Origin: Candidatus Falkowbacteria bacterium
Lineage (GTDB): Bacteria; Patescibacteriota; Patescibacteriia; UBA11705
Length of the DNA stretch: 64,000 nucleotides
Assembly: GCA_003518055.1 (NCBI GenBank)
Contig: DOZJ01000004.1
Location: forward strand, 6,073-70,072
Direction: 5' to 3'
The first letter of the stretch is position 1; every line of letters starts with the position of its first letter. Both the position numbers and the translations under genes were made by a program. This document shows positions 8,869-18,296 of the stretch, piece by piece. The notes under the pieces were generated by a model. It saw only the letters and a list, made by a program, of their open reading frames with translations, was not told where the DNA came from and searched no databases.

Positions 8869-9521
8869 CTCACCGATTCTACATCGGCACCACCAACCAA
8901 CACAAAATTCGAGAAATCGGCAGCATCCTTCACGCTACCGGCTGTGAATTGATTCCAACCGATAAAATTGATCCGGAAGAAACTGAACCAGATTTTGTCG
9001 GCAACGCGCTGATCAAAGCTCGAGCCTATGCCGTCCATGCCGGCGGTCTAACCATCTCTGAGGATTCCGGACTTATGGTCGCAGCTCTCAATAATCTACC
9101 CGGACCTTGGTCCGCTAGATTCAGCGACTTTGAAGTCCATCGAGATCCGTGGCGCCTTGGCGCCCATCATCCAAGCGGTCTAAGCCGTGATGAAATTGAT
9201 CGCAAAAACAATGATCTTGTCTTGGAGCTCATGCGAGGAATTGAGCAGCCGCGCCGCGCCGCCATGTTCAAAGTCGTAATGATTGTTGCCGCGGCTGATG
9301 GTGAAATTCTCTTTAAGGGTGAAAATGAAGCTCATGGCTGGATCGCTCCGGAGATGCGCGGTCAAAACGGATTTGGCTATGACCCAATTTTTATCGGCCA
9401 CAACACCTTTGACCGCACCTACGCTGAACTTGACCGCCACCGCAAGGACCTAATTAGTCATCGCCGAAAGGTTTTGAACGACTTCCAAGACTGGCTCGGA
9501 CGGTTTCTCCGCCAACCATAA
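8865..9521 (+). CDS. rdgB: Non-canonical purine NTP pyrophosphatase (RdgB/Ham1, dITP/XTPase).
   Basis: IGTTNQHKIREI; EETEPDFVGNALIKARAYA; SEDSGLMVAALNNLPGPWSARFS. The start overlaps the upstream stop (ATGA). Confidence 0.75.
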   Translation: MTHRFYIGTTNQHKIREIGSILHATGCELIPTDKIDPEETEPDFVGNALIKARAYAVHAGGLTISEDSGLMVAALNNLPGPWSARFSDFEVHRDPWRLGAHHPSGLSRDEIDRKNNDLVLELMRGIEQPRRAAMFKVVMIVAAADGEILFKGENEAHGWIAPEMRGQNGFGYDPIFIGHNTFDRTYAELDRHRKDLISHRRKVLNDFQDWLGRFLRQP

Positions 9522-9548
9522 CACTTTAAAACTTTAAAGTGTTTTTTA
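9521..9548 (+). terminator. Rho-independent terminator after rdgB.
   Basis: Perfect 10-bp stem acactttaaa/tttaaagtgt with a 2-nt loop, then a T6 run. Confidence 0.65.
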
Positions 9549-9713
9549 TTTACTGACAATCTTGTTCTGTTTCAATCACCTTCCCCCAATCCGCCCCTTG
9601 CCAAAATTTATTTTTTCCTGTATGATATGAGCGATGTTCTAAAACCTTAAAATTAGCCAAATTCATCTGTCTTATTTCCGATTTAAAATTTCGAATTTAG
9701 AATTTACTATTAT

Positions 9714-9788
9714 CGCGGGGTAGAGCAGTGGCAGCTCGCCAGGCCCATAACCTGGAGGTCGGGGGTTCGAATCCCCCCTCCGCAACCA
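9714..9788 (+). tRNA. Initiator tRNA-fMet (anticodon CAT).
   Basis: A C1:A72 mismatch. The sequence CGCGGGG...CCCCGCAACCA closely resembles E. coli tRNA-fMet. Anticodon loop ccCATaa; encoded CCA. Confidence 0.85.
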
Positions 9789-9844
9789 ACCTACGCTCCT
9801 CACTATGTTCTGAGCTTCGGTTGGTAAACCAAAAATAATATAGT

Positions 9845-10138
9845 ATGTGGTTTGTTTACTTTTTATTACTCACAAATAATGAAATATATGTTGGTTCTTC
9901 AAATAATGTTGCCCGACGCCTCATAGAACACAACAACAAATTAGTCGTGTCAACCGCTAAATTTTTACCTGCAAAACTATTATCTTATATTTGTGTCCCG
10001 ACAAAGAGTAAAGCCATTCAATTAGAAAAATATTTTAAATCTGGATCGGGAAAATCTATATTAAAAAAACGCATTATTGATGTCAACTTCTTTGTAAAGG
10101 ATGGCTTGCCATCCGAAGCTTACGCAGTAAAAGCGTAG
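9845..10138 (+). CDS. Small GIY-YIG nuclease-domain protein.
   Basis: WFVYFLLLTNNEIYVGSSNNVARRLIEHN matches the GIY-YIG core (Y-x10-YVG...R...EHN). The gene sits tightly between two tRNA genes. Confidence 0.6.
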   Translation: MWFVYFLLLTNNEIYVGSSNNVARRLIEHNNKLVVSTAKFLPAKLLSYICVPTKSKAIQLEKYFKSGSGKSILKKRIIDVNFFVKDGLPSEAYAVKA

Positions 10139-10141
10139 GAT

Positions 10142-10218
10142 GGCAGGGTAGCTCAGCTGGTCAGAGCGAGGGAATCATAACCCCTAGGTCGGCGGTTCGA
10201 TCCCGCCCCCTGTCACCA
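10142..10218 (+). tRNA. tRNA with anticodon CAT: elongator Met, or Ile2 if the base is lysidine-modified.
   Basis: Cloverleaf: acceptor ggcaggg/ccctgtc, anticodon loop atCATaa, T-loop TTCGATC, encoded CCA. Confidence 0.8.
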
Positions 10219-10235
10219 TTGCTTATTTTTACTAC

Positions 10236-11216
10236 ATGCAACATATACTTTGGGATTACAAAATCCTATCAATCTTGGCTCTCAGTCTATTAACAATATA
10301 TCTCATTGCCGGCCATCTCAAACGCCGCTGGAGATATGATTCACGGCGTCAAAAAATCCTCATTATTTCTCTTGGGGCTTTTTTTGTTTTGATTTTCGGT
10401 TTTATATTTTACGGCAGTTTTATTGAACCGCAATGGATTCAAACAAAAACCATACCCATCAACCTAAATAACACGGAAAAAAATGAATCACTCAAAATTG
10501 TTCATCTCACTGATCTCCACGCCGGCCCCTACAAAGGCCCGGGGTATTACAAACGTGTAGCCAAAAAAATTCTCGCTATAAACCCCGATTTAATTGTCAT
10601 TACGGGAGATTCTGTTCTTGGCTCGGCTAAAAACATTGAATATCTGACTCCGCTCAAAGAAGCCACCGCCATATATCCCACATACGCAATTTCCGGTAAT
10701 CATGAATATAACCTCAGTATCCCCGAAGACTTTTTTGCCGGCCGTTTTACCGACAAAACTGAAACCATCAAACAATTATTCGCTTCAATTAATATCAGCT
10801 ACATCGACAACCAAACAAAACTGATTCAAACCAAACAAGGACAGCTCTATCTCTCAGGCATCAGAGAAATTTGGTACGAACCCGACACGGTGGATTCGGA
10901 ATTAACTCGTATGGGCGGCTCTATCAACCATGACCTGCCGCACTTGCTCTTGGCCCACAATCCTGAAGTCATCATGAAACCGTCTGCCGCCAAATTTGAT
11001 TTGATTCTTTCCGGCCACACTCATGGCGGCCAAATCCGATTGCCGCTAATTGGCTCCCTCGCATCCATGCCGACAAAGTTGGGCCGATATTATGATATGG
11101 GCTTCTTCCAATTGGAAAAAAATCAGCTCTACATATCCAAAGGATTAGGAGAATCCGGACCACGGGCGCGACTATTTTGCCGCCCCGAGCTGACCGTCCT
11201 TGAAGTCAACTTGTAA
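10236..11216 (+). CDS. Membrane-anchored metallophosphoesterase (calcineurin-like, YkuE/CpdA-type).
   Basis: IVHLTDLHAG; ITGDSV; SGNHEY; LSGHTHGGQIRLP. Confidence 0.8.
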   Translation: MQHILWDYKILSILALSLLTIYLIAGHLKRRWRYDSRRQKILIISLGAFFVLIFGFIFYGSFIEPQWIQTKTIPINLNNTEKNESLKIVHLTDLHAGPYKGPGYYKRVAKKILAINPDLIVITGDSVLGSAKNIEYLTPLKEATAIYPTYAISGNHEYNLSIPEDFFAGRFTDKTETIKQLFASINISYIDNQTKLIQTKQGQLYLSGIREIWYEPDTVDSELTRMGGSINHDLPHLLLAHNPEVIMKPSAAKFDLILSGHTHGGQIRLPLIGSLASMPTKLGRYYDMGFFQLEKNQLYISKGLGESGPRARLFCRPELTVLEVNL

Positions 11217-11286
11217 GTAACTTCCCGATAGTAATACCCATTAATTTCAACCAATTTCAATTTATTTCTTTATTTCTTTTTTTCCT

Positions 11287-11751
11287 ATGCTCATGACCCT
11301 TCACGGCGCTGTCGGCGCTTATGTCGGCGAAAGAATGGATAGCCTCACCCTGGCTTTCATTTTCAGTTTTATCATCCATTTTCTATTCGACATCATTCCT
11401 CACGGCGATCATGAAAATGTCATCATGTTTAAAACCGAAAAAAAAATCAACCGAGTGATCGGTTTGATTGCTATTGATGCGGTCATGGGTCTGATATTTT
11501 TAGCCCTCTATTTCAGTCAAATAAAGACAACTGGCCCCCATCTTTACCCCATCATCGCCGGCATTATCGGCGGCGTCCTGCCGGATCTGCTCGTTGGCCT
11601 CTATCATATGAACAAAAAATATTTATTCCGGTTTAATTTCGTTCATATGCGGCTTCATGAACTGATAAAATTTCGCGTCCCATTAAAATTCGCTCTTCTG
11701 GTCCAAATTATTTTTATCTTGTTCATTTGGCAGTTTTATCATTTTGAGTAA
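11287..11751 (+). CDS. Integral membrane protein, possibly a YdjM/DUF457-like metal-dependent hydrolase.
   Basis: Four predicted TM segments with His/Asp motifs HFLFDIIPHGDHE and GVLPDLL. Confidence 0.35.
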   Translation: MLMTLHGAVGAYVGERMDSLTLAFIFSFIIHFLFDIIPHGDHENVIMFKTEKKINRVIGLIAIDAVMGLIFLALYFSQIKTTGPHLYPIIAGIIGGVLPDLLVGLYHMNKKYLFRFNFVHMRLHELIKFRVPLKFALLVQIIFILFIWQFYHFE

Positions 11752-12861
11752 TCCGACGGCCGTATTCACCCATTTGAATCTTTCAGCCGCGACTTTCCCT
11801 TTTGTTACCAATTCGGTTATCAGTGCTTCACTCGCGAGCACTTTTTTTATTGCCGAATACCAGTCGATATCATCGTGAGGCGGTATCAATAACGCGGCGC
11901 CGTCATTCACCAATTCTTCCGTCACCGGAATCTTTGAAGCGATCACCGGCACACCCTGCTTCATTGCTTCAAGGATTGGCAGACCAAAACCTTCGTTTAA
12001 CGATGGAAAAACAAAACATTTGGCCTGTTGCATCAATATGTTTCGCTCCGTGTCCGTAACCTTGCCGATATACCGAATCGCTTGCTCACCTATTTGCTGA
12101 TTTACTTTAATCATTGTTCGGAAAATTTTTCGATATTTCCACCCTTTAATGCCAGCCACCACCAACTCAACTTGACCGGGAAATTCTTGGGCATATTTAC
12201 CAAAAACGTGAAACAAATGCCGTAAATTCTTTCTCGGCTCGATCGTACCCACGAAAAAAATATAATCTTTCTTAATTTTAAATTTATCTTTGACCTCTTT
12301 GATTTCTTTTTCTCCATACGTGACTCTATCTTCAACCCCGGAATAAACCGTTATCACATCCTTTTCTCTTTTGAATTTAAACAAATAAAGCAGCTCTGTT
12401 TTAGTCGCGTTGGAAATGGTCATAATATTGGTTGCCTTGGCGATACTCGACGGCACCACCAGCAATTTTGAAAACCACTGCTTGTTCGGAAACCATTCCG
12501 GATAATTATAAATCAATAAATCATGAATAATGAGCGTACTTTTGCCCACATAAAAAAACGGCATAACATTGGCGGGGAAAATACACCAATCGAGCCATTC
12601 ACCCCAGAGATTAAACGTAAAACCAACGTGAGCCGAAAAAAACGGCACTCGATTTTTCACTTTTACCACTTTAAATCCACGATGAGTTCGCAACGCGTTC
12701 AACGTTTCCTCGCCAATCTGTTCATCAAAAAACAACACGTATTCGCTGTTTCTATCCTGAGCCAGAATCGCTTTAACCAAATTAAAAACATACCGCGGAA
12801 TTCCAGCTCCGCGATTATTTTTCACATCATAAATTTGTCGGCAATCAATTCCGATTTTCAT
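11683..12861 (-). CDS. Glycosyltransferase family 4 (GT-B fold).
   Basis: MKIGIDCRQI...; FVGTIEPRKNL; FVFPSLNEGFGLPILEAMKQGVPVIAS (EX7E-like motif). Confidence 0.85.
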   Translation of the reverse strand: MKIGIDCRQIYDVKNNRGAGIPRYVFNLVKAILAQDRNSEYVLFFDEQIGEETLNALRTHRGFKVVKVKNRVPFFSAHVGFTFNLWGEWLDWCIFPANVMPFFYVGKSTLIIHDLLIYNYPEWFPNKQWFSKLLVVPSSIAKATNIMTISNATKTELLYLFKFKREKDVITVYSGVEDRVTYGEKEIKEVKDKFKIKKDYIFFVGTIEPRKNLRHLFHVFGKYAQEFPGQVELVVAGIKGWKYRKIFRTMIKVNQQIGEQAIRYIGKVTDTERNILMQQAKCFVFPSLNEGFGLPILEAMKQGVPVIASKIPVTEELVNDGAALLIPPHDDIDWYSAIKKVLASEALITELVTKGKVAAERFKWVNTAVGLLKMIKLPNEQDKNNLDQKSEF

Positions 12862-12880
12862 AATACAAAATTTATCTTTT

Positions 12881-13393
12881 TCAATCTGCGTTCAAACCAA
12901 AAACCGCCAGCCCTCCGATACTAACGAGCGTGACGATAATCCCCGCGATAATTGTCCCTAGAGACACCAGCCAAAACGCCTTTTTCTTTTCAACCCCAAA
13001 CAAATACGCCGCCGCTGCCCCGGTCCAGACACCAGTTAGAGGCAATGGTATGGCCACAAATATCACGAGAGCGATCTCTCCGTAGGTTAAGTACTTTCCT
13101 TCAAATTTTTTTCTGGTTCGCTCAAATAACCAGCTAAAAAATTTATCCGCCCACCTGAATCTAGGCCGCAAAAATTTGGTGGCCAAATCAAGCGAATAAA
13201 CTAAAACAAAGGTTATAAATACACTCCCAAGAATCGACCAAAAAAACGCTGACCAAGCGGACATTTTGAATAACCCCATCGCTACCGGTATTGAAGCGCG
13301 AACTTCGGTCAATGGAATAATCGCCAATAAAAAAGTCGCCAATTCATGCGGCAAATTTTTCACCCAGTCTACAACAAACATAATTATTTCCAC
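12881..13393 (-). CDS. Small integral membrane protein (COG2426-like; putative small exporter).
   Basis: Four to five hydrophobic helices and no soluble domain. Confidence 0.4.
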   Translation of the reverse strand: MEIIMFVVDWVKNLPHELATFLLAIIPLTEVRASIPVAMGLFKMSAWSAFFWSILGSVFITFVLVYSLDLATKFLRPRFRWADKFFSWLFERTRKKFEGKYLTYGEIALVIFVAIPLPLTGVWTGAAAAYLFGVEKKKAFWLVSLGTIIAGIIVTLVSIGGLAVFGLNAD

Positions 13394-14337
13394 AAATAAT
13401 TTTTAAACACCCAATCAGCCAATACTTTTGTATCTTGAAATCTATCAGTAATCGTATCACTATTCAAGGCCACGAACATCACCGATTTGTCTTCATATTT
13501 TATCTCAACAGCCAGACAATAACCGGCTTCAGGCAAAAATCCGGTTTTACCGCCGATCAATTCATATCCAAATTGTTCGCTGTTCAAAAAACTTTCAAGC
13601 AAAATATCCGTATTAACGATTCTTCTTTTTTTCTCGTTATTCAATATATCAAACGAATATTCAGACTGCAACACCGATTCTCTGATTTCATTATGCTGCA
13701 AAGCAGCGTAAACCATTTTGGCCACATCGGTGGCCGTCGACACATTGGCCGGATCAAGTCCGGTCGGATCAGCGAATTTCGTATTATACAGTTTCAATTG
13801 CTTGGCTTTATCATTCATCATTATTACGAAATCAGTCTCAGAAACCCCTAAACTTCTAACCATTGCCAGGATCGCGTTGTTATCCGAACTGATCAACGCC
13901 GCTTTCCACAAATGGAAAAAGGTCACTTCTTCTCCACGATACAAATGAGGATATGCCCCGCTGGTCTCATCTCCGGCCGTCATCACGACTGTTTTATTCC
14001 AATTCGGCCGCAAATCCAAGATCACCATAGCGGTCATCAATTTGGTAATGCTGGCAATCGGCTGCTTTAGCTGGGCTTGATTTTCAATCAACACCAAACC
14101 GGTATCCACATCAATCGCGACATATTTCTCCGCCGTAATCTCGACGCCGATATTTTGTTCATTGACTCGGATTGGGATGTCATCAGAGTATTGAATCTCA
14201 GGCGTCAAAAAAACCCGCTGCTCGTTTTCCACCGTATAAACCCCCGCTTGAGTACTGATTAAAATCAAACTTAATATGATTCTTAAAACTGGCATAATGC
14301 GTAAACTTAATCTACACCCCCGGCTCGTCTTTTGCAC
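13384..14337 (-). CDS. D-alanyl-D-alanine carboxypeptidase (PBP5/6-like S11 peptidase).
   Basis: SxxK SITK (ASITKLMTAMVILD); SxN SSDNNA; KTG GGKTGF; signal peptide. Confidence 0.85.
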   Translation of the reverse strand: MQKTSRGCRLSLRIMPVLRIILSLILISTQAGVYTVENEQRVFLTPEIQYSDDIPIRVNEQNIGVEITAEKYVAIDVDTGLVLIENQAQLKQPIASITKLMTAMVILDLRPNWNKTVVMTAGDETSGAYPHLYRGEEVTFFHLWKAALISSDNNAILAMVRSLGVSETDFVIMMNDKAKQLKLYNTKFADPTGLDPANVSTATDVAKMVYAALQHNEIRESVLQSEYSFDILNNEKKRRIVNTDILLESFLNSEQFGYELIGGKTGFLPEAGYCLAVEIKYEDKSVMFVALNSDTITDRFQDTKVLADWVFKNYLWK

Positions 14338-14869
14338 TCAAAAACTGCTCGAGATTCTCCACCTGATGCAGCTTATCAAAATCCGGTAACTCTTTAACTG
14401 ACTTTAGCCCCAGATATTTCAACAATTCCGGCGTCACCACATAAACCAATCCATTTTCACGTTCTGATTCCTCAATCAATCCTCGAATCAGCAAATTCCT
14501 CAGAATCAAACTGCAATTCACGCCCCGAATTTGCTCCAGCACCGGCTTGGTTATTGGCCCGCGATAAGCGATAATCGTTAATGTTTCAAGCGATGGCTGA
14601 GTCAACTCGCCGGTTCTCTCATCTTGAACCAATATTTTAACCAAATCGGCATTCGCCGCCGCTGTGACCAGTTGATATTGCCCGTTGCTTTCAATTAGAT
14701 TAATGCCGCTGTCTTCAACATTAAACTTTGCCTGCAAACCGGCCATCGCTTCTTCCACTAAATGTTTCTCCACCTTTATCCCTTGTTTATCAAAAAACTT
14801 CACCAGCCATCCGACCGTTATTGGTTTAACCGAGGCAAATAACAGACTCTCGATCTGAGATTTAAGCAT
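14312..14869 (-). CDS. scpB: Segregation and condensation protein B (ScpB).
   Basis: N-terminal IESLLFAS..P; two winged-helix repeats; typical length. Confidence 0.7.
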   Translation of the reverse strand: MLKSQIESLLFASVKPITVGWLVKFFDKQGIKVEKHLVEEAMAGLQAKFNVEDSGINLIESNGQYQLVTAAANADLVKILVQDERTGELTQPSLETLTIIAYRGPITKPVLEQIRGVNCSLILRNLLIRGLIEESERENGLVYVVTPELLKYLGLKSVKELPDFDKLHQVENLEQFLSAKDEPGV

Positions 14870-15117
14870 AAAAAAAATTATTTCCGTACTGGCAGTATAC
14901 TACAAATCCCCACAATTCTCAAGCCATACCATAACATATAGGTAGCTGCCTTTGTAAAAAGCATCCCGAAATAGCCTGGCAATGTTAAACTCGATTTGTA
15001 AAATCCAAGATCAATTAATTTTATAGCTTTCGTAGTATTTGCGGTATTCGTAGTATTTGCCTGCCTGCCGGAGCTCGTTCAACAAGAGCATAGGCAGGTA
15101 ACCATTCGTAAATTCGT

Positions 15118-15148
15118 AACATTAAAAAAGACCTGATTATTATCAGAT
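15118..15148 (-). terminator. Terminator after the ABC ATPase gene.
   Basis: On the minus strand, agatctgataataatcaggtct followed by a T6 run. Confidence 0.5.
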
Positions 15149-16063
15149 CTAAATTGACTCAACCACCTCAGCCGCCACCGCACCCTGCTCCTCTGTCAAG
15201 GTCATGAAACTATCCGGATGCGTCTGATTGAACGCTTTGACGCTCTGACAGAATTTGGGCTCAAAACTCTCATGTCGAATCCGATGAATCAAATCGCTGA
15301 AGGCCGGAGACTTCTTGACCTCAGTCGACTTGATGCTTCGACCCAGATCATAATCAGACACAATGCGCGCGCCATGCTTCAAGCCATGACGGCCATCGCT
15401 GTAATATTGACTGAAAGCCACCACCCGAGAGCCCAAAAAAACCGCTTCTTCCAAATCATGGGTCACAAAGAAAATAGTCATCCCCGTCTCTTCCCAGACT
15501 TCCAAAATAAACATCTGCAGATCTTCACGCGTATACGGATCAAGCGCACCATAGGGTTCGTCCATCATCAAGATTTCCGGCTTCATAATCAATGCCTGAG
15601 CAATTGCGACCCGCTGCTGCTGACCGCCGGACAATTGATGCGGTTTTTTCTTCGCGTCATCTTCAAGACCAACCTTCTTCAAATAATACATGGCTTCATC
15701 TCGACTCGTCTCCATGCTTCCAAGTAATTCTAGGCATGTTGCTGTAAAAAGCTTACCGATCATTACATTTTCCATTGCTGTCAGATGAGGAAACAAACTG
15801 TAGCGCTGAAACACGATCCCTCGCGTCACGTCCGGATGGTAAATTTCCCGTCCATCGATCAGCATTGTACCGCTGGTGTGCCGCTCCTGCCCCAAAATCA
15901 ACCTGAGCATCGTCGACTTGCCGCAGCCGGATGGTCCGACCACCGTCACAAATTCCCCGCGGGACACCTTGAAGTCAATATCATCTAGAACCACGTTAGC
16001 GCCATACGCCTTCACCATGTCGAGACAATAAATCACATGATTCTCTTCTCTGGCGGCGCTCAT
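15149..16063 (-). CDS. ABC transporter ATP-binding protein (nitrate/sulfonate/bicarbonate NitT/TauT family, SsuB/TauB-like).
   Basis: Walker A GPSGCGKST; signature LSGGQQQRVAIAQAL; Walker B ILMMDEP. Confidence 0.85.
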   Translation of the reverse strand: MSAAREENHVIYCLDMVKAYGANVVLDDIDFKVSRGEFVTVVGPSGCGKSTMLRLILGQERHTSGTMLIDGREIYHPDVTRGIVFQRYSLFPHLTAMENVMIGKLFTATCLELLGSMETSRDEAMYYLKKVGLEDDAKKKPHQLSGGQQQRVAIAQALIMKPEILMMDEPYGALDPYTREDLQMFILEVWEETGMTIFFVTHDLEEAVFLGSRVVAFSQYYSDGRHGLKHGARIVSDYDLGRSIKSTEVKKSPAFSDLIHRIRHESFEPKFCQSVKAFNQTHPDSFMTLTEEQGAVAAEVVESI

Positions 16064-16072
16064 ATTTCCCTC

Positions 16073-17020
16073 CTATCCGTTTTTGATATCGACATACCAG
16101 CGGTATTTCCAATCGAGAATTTTCTTTAGAATAAAATTCATCAAAAACCCGATAGACGTAATCCAAAAAACAATGGGAATAATCAGGCTCATGTTCAAAT
16201 ACCGCCGCGACAAGAAAATGCGGTAAGCCAAACCATTCTTTGAAGCAATAGCTTCAGCCGCAATTAGAAACAACCACGCCGGACTCAGATACACTCTAAT
16301 CATCTCGATGAAACGAGGCATCACCTGAGGAAAAATAATGCGATAAACAATCGCCCACGAACTGGCGCCAAGCGTCAGCGCTTTAACAATCTGCTCCCGA
16401 GGAATGTTCTCAACCGCGATCTTGAGATCTCGAGTCATCAAAAAGGTGATCCCGAGCACAATCAAAGAAATTTTTCCCAACTCTTCCACTCCAAGCCCGA
16501 TAAAAATAATCGGCAAAATGGCCAACGGTGGAATAATGGACACGAAGGTCACAAATGGCATCCAAGTCGATCTAACCCAGGGGTAAATTCCCATCGACAA
16601 ACCCCAAATCAAAGACAGCACCGACGCAATCGAGACACCGATCAGCAACCGCTTCAAACTGGCCAACGTGTCATCCACAAACAAATTCTTGTCTGTCCTC
16701 TTGTCAGTTTCCACCACATAAATCTTGACCTGCTCATACATCTGCGAAATCGTCGGCAGAATCTTGTCTCTTGGATTTTCCTCGTGCCGCTTATTCGAAA
16801 AGTGAATATATGTCCCGAGAAGCAACACAAATGGAACGATCGCCAACAAAACCTTCGCCACTCGACTGGGACAATAGTGCAAACTAAAAAAAGTTTTTAC
16901 TGTGTTCCAAATCCGGCTCAAAACATTCACTCCCACGCTCCAAATCCATTTCAACATCTGCATTTGGGCCTCCTTTTGGGGCATTTGCTGGTTTACGTTT
17001 TTGTTATCAAAGAACCGCAT
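16073..17020 (-). CDS. ABC transporter permease (SsuC/TauC-like).
   Basis: Six TM segments and an EAA-like loop; operon context with the ATPase and the binding protein. Confidence 0.75.
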   Translation of the reverse strand: MRFFDNKNVNQQMPQKEAQMQMLKWIWSVGVNVLSRIWNTVKTFFSLHYCPSRVAKVLLAIVPFVLLLGTYIHFSNKRHEENPRDKILPTISQMYEQVKIYVVETDKRTDKNLFVDDTLASLKRLLIGVSIASVLSLIWGLSMGIYPWVRSTWMPFVTFVSIIPPLAILPIIFIGLGVEELGKISLIVLGITFLMTRDLKIAVENIPREQIVKALTLGASSWAIVYRIIFPQVMPRFIEMIRVYLSPAWLFLIAAEAIASKNGLAYRIFLSRRYLNMSLIIPIVFWITSIGFLMNFILKKILDWKYRWYVDIKNG

Positions 17021-17202
17021 ATTTTACACAAAACAATCTCATTTGTCAAGTCGTCTCTCATTTTAGCCAAAATCCCCAACAACCGAGACAAGCTTGTTTG
17101 TAATTCCTTTTTTCTTCACGTCCCCAAACCTTACTCCGTAATATTCGTATTTTTTGTAAATTCGTAATAAAAAAACTCTAGTCTGTTAACTAGAGTCTAA
17201 TA

Positions 17203-18258
17203 CTAAAGCTTGCCGTCAGCGGCCATCTGCATATACTTGGTCGTGAAGCGCAGCTTCACGTTCCTCTTGTCTCCCATCACCGAACCATCCGGCAGCTCAA
17301 TCCCGACTTCATCCTTCGACTTCGCAGTCGGGCCGAACATTCCCTTATCGAAACAGAACGTCCGAACAAACTCCATGGTCTTGGCCAACGTCGCACTGGC
17401 CGTGAATTCAACCGCCGCCTTCGGTGTGTAGTACATGTACGTCGTCTTCAGCTGAGCCTCAAACTCCGCCAGCGTACCACCGGCCGTCTTGGCCATGAAA
17501 GTCAGAGCTTCCTTGGTAGGAGCGCCCTTACCCGACATCACCGCCATGGTCTCATACCAGGCTCCGGTCAGCGCCTTCTTGAGCTCTTCCGGCGCATCGG
17601 TCCTGACCACCAAGAGATCCAGAATCTCTCCGGGGATCTGTGCGCTTGTGAAAAGAACCTTCGCTCCGCGCTCCTGCCGAATCTTCATCACGATCGGGTT
17701 CCAAGTTACGACCGTTGTCTGCGGCGTTCGATTCGCGACGAACAAACCGGCAATTTCACTGTCACTCGTATTCACAAACGCTCCGAGATCAGCCTCGCTC
17801 ATACCGTTCATGGCGAGTGCCCGAGCTACCAGATAGTGACTGACACTGAGCTCAACACCGAAAATATCTCGGCCGCGCAGATCAGCCACGCTCGTCCCAC
17901 TGTAACTCACAATGGCATCATTGCCATCACTGTAATCACCGACGATCACCACCGTCGAGTCCTTGCCTCCTGATGCCGGAACCGTCAGCGCGTCCATGTT
18001 GGTCATGACACATGCATCATAATTTCCGGCCGTATACAGATTGATTGACTCCATGTAATCCATGGGAGGTGACAGCTCAATCGTAATGCCATACTTGTCG
18101 CCCCACTTCTTCAGCGTTCCCGCCTGTTCGGTCTGAGCCCACGGCTCCCAGCCCGTATAATGCGACCACGCCACCTTGTATGTCGTCTTCGCCATCACCG
18201 AACCAGCAAAAATCGTCGCCAGAATCATAGCCGTCAGAGTCAGCAGCATCTTTCTCAT
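17203..18258 (-). CDS. ABC substrate-binding protein (NMT1/SsuA/TauA family).
   Basis: Signal peptide; YKVAWSHYTGWEP...; GDYSDGNDAIV; operon context. Confidence 0.7.
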   Translation of the reverse strand: MRKMLLTLTAMILATIFAGSVMAKTTYKVAWSHYTGWEPWAQTEQAGTLKKWGDKYGITIELSPPMDYMESINLYTAGNYDACVMTNMDALTVPASGGKDSTVVIVGDYSDGNDAIVSYSGTSVADLRGRDIFGVELSVSHYLVARALAMNGMSEADLGAFVNTSDSEIAGLFVANRTPQTTVVTWNPIVMKIRQERGAKVLFTSAQIPGEILDLLVVRTDAPEELKKALTGAWYETMAVMSGKGAPTKEALTFMAKTAGGTLAEFEAQLKTTYMYYTPKAAVEFTASATLAKTMEFVRTFCFDKGMFGPTAKSKDEVGIELPDGSVMGDKRNVKLRFTTKYMQMAADGKL

Positions 18259-18296
18259 GGGCGGTTTCTCCTGTGGTTGTTGGTTGCCCGTTGAGA

